Part shown: positions 63,866 through 64,000 of the stretch, piece by piece
Numbering within the stretch: the first letter of the stretch is position 1
How the letters are laid out: every line of letters starts with the position of its first letter
Assembly (NCBI RefSeq): GCF_964204645.1
Contig: NC_134027.1
Span: forward strand, 26,064,560 to 26,128,559
Length of the DNA: 64,000 nt
From: Tubulanus polymorphus
Taxonomy: Eukaryota > Animalia > Nemertea
Reading direction: 5' to 3'
Made by a program: the position numbers and the translations under genes
Notes under the pieces: model-generated
What the model was told of the DNA's origin: nothing
Seen by the model: only the letters and a program-made list of their open reading frames with translations
The model's database searches: none

Positions 63866-64000
63866 TATCGTCATATATACAAGTCACCAGGCGATAGCGG
63901 CAGCATCAGCAGTGTATACTACTTACACCAGTCGCGTGTGCATAAAAAACAGTTTCTGAATGCTGAATATTTCTATTTCGATTCACTGTGTGTTAGTCTT

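Overview
AT-rich animal genomic DNA (invertebrate bilaterian, probably lophotrochozoan; taxon is inference). It is occupied by the 5' part of one large + strand gene, a ZFHX3/ZFHX4 (Drosophila zfh2) family zinc-finger homeobox transcription factor. Three phase-compatible coding exons are visible (33777-36633, 49936-50052, 62985-63404), plus a probable non-coding 5' exon (3489-3581); the homeodomains must lie beyond the window. Introns carry several MITE families, a tRNA-like dispersed repeat, minisatellites and microsatellites. The most striking signal is a family of minimal type-I hammerhead ribozyme (HHR) motifs of the Penelope/retrozyme kind, sense to the host pre-mRNA. A 758-bp insertion with a 17-bp target-site duplication (60778-61535) carries three HHR motifs. 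The same HHR module is amplified into a 24 x 67-bp array (32007-33607) ending about 100 nt before the acceptor of the first coding exon, and every array unit has a mutated catalytic GAAA. Nearly all short ORFs in the track are spurious.
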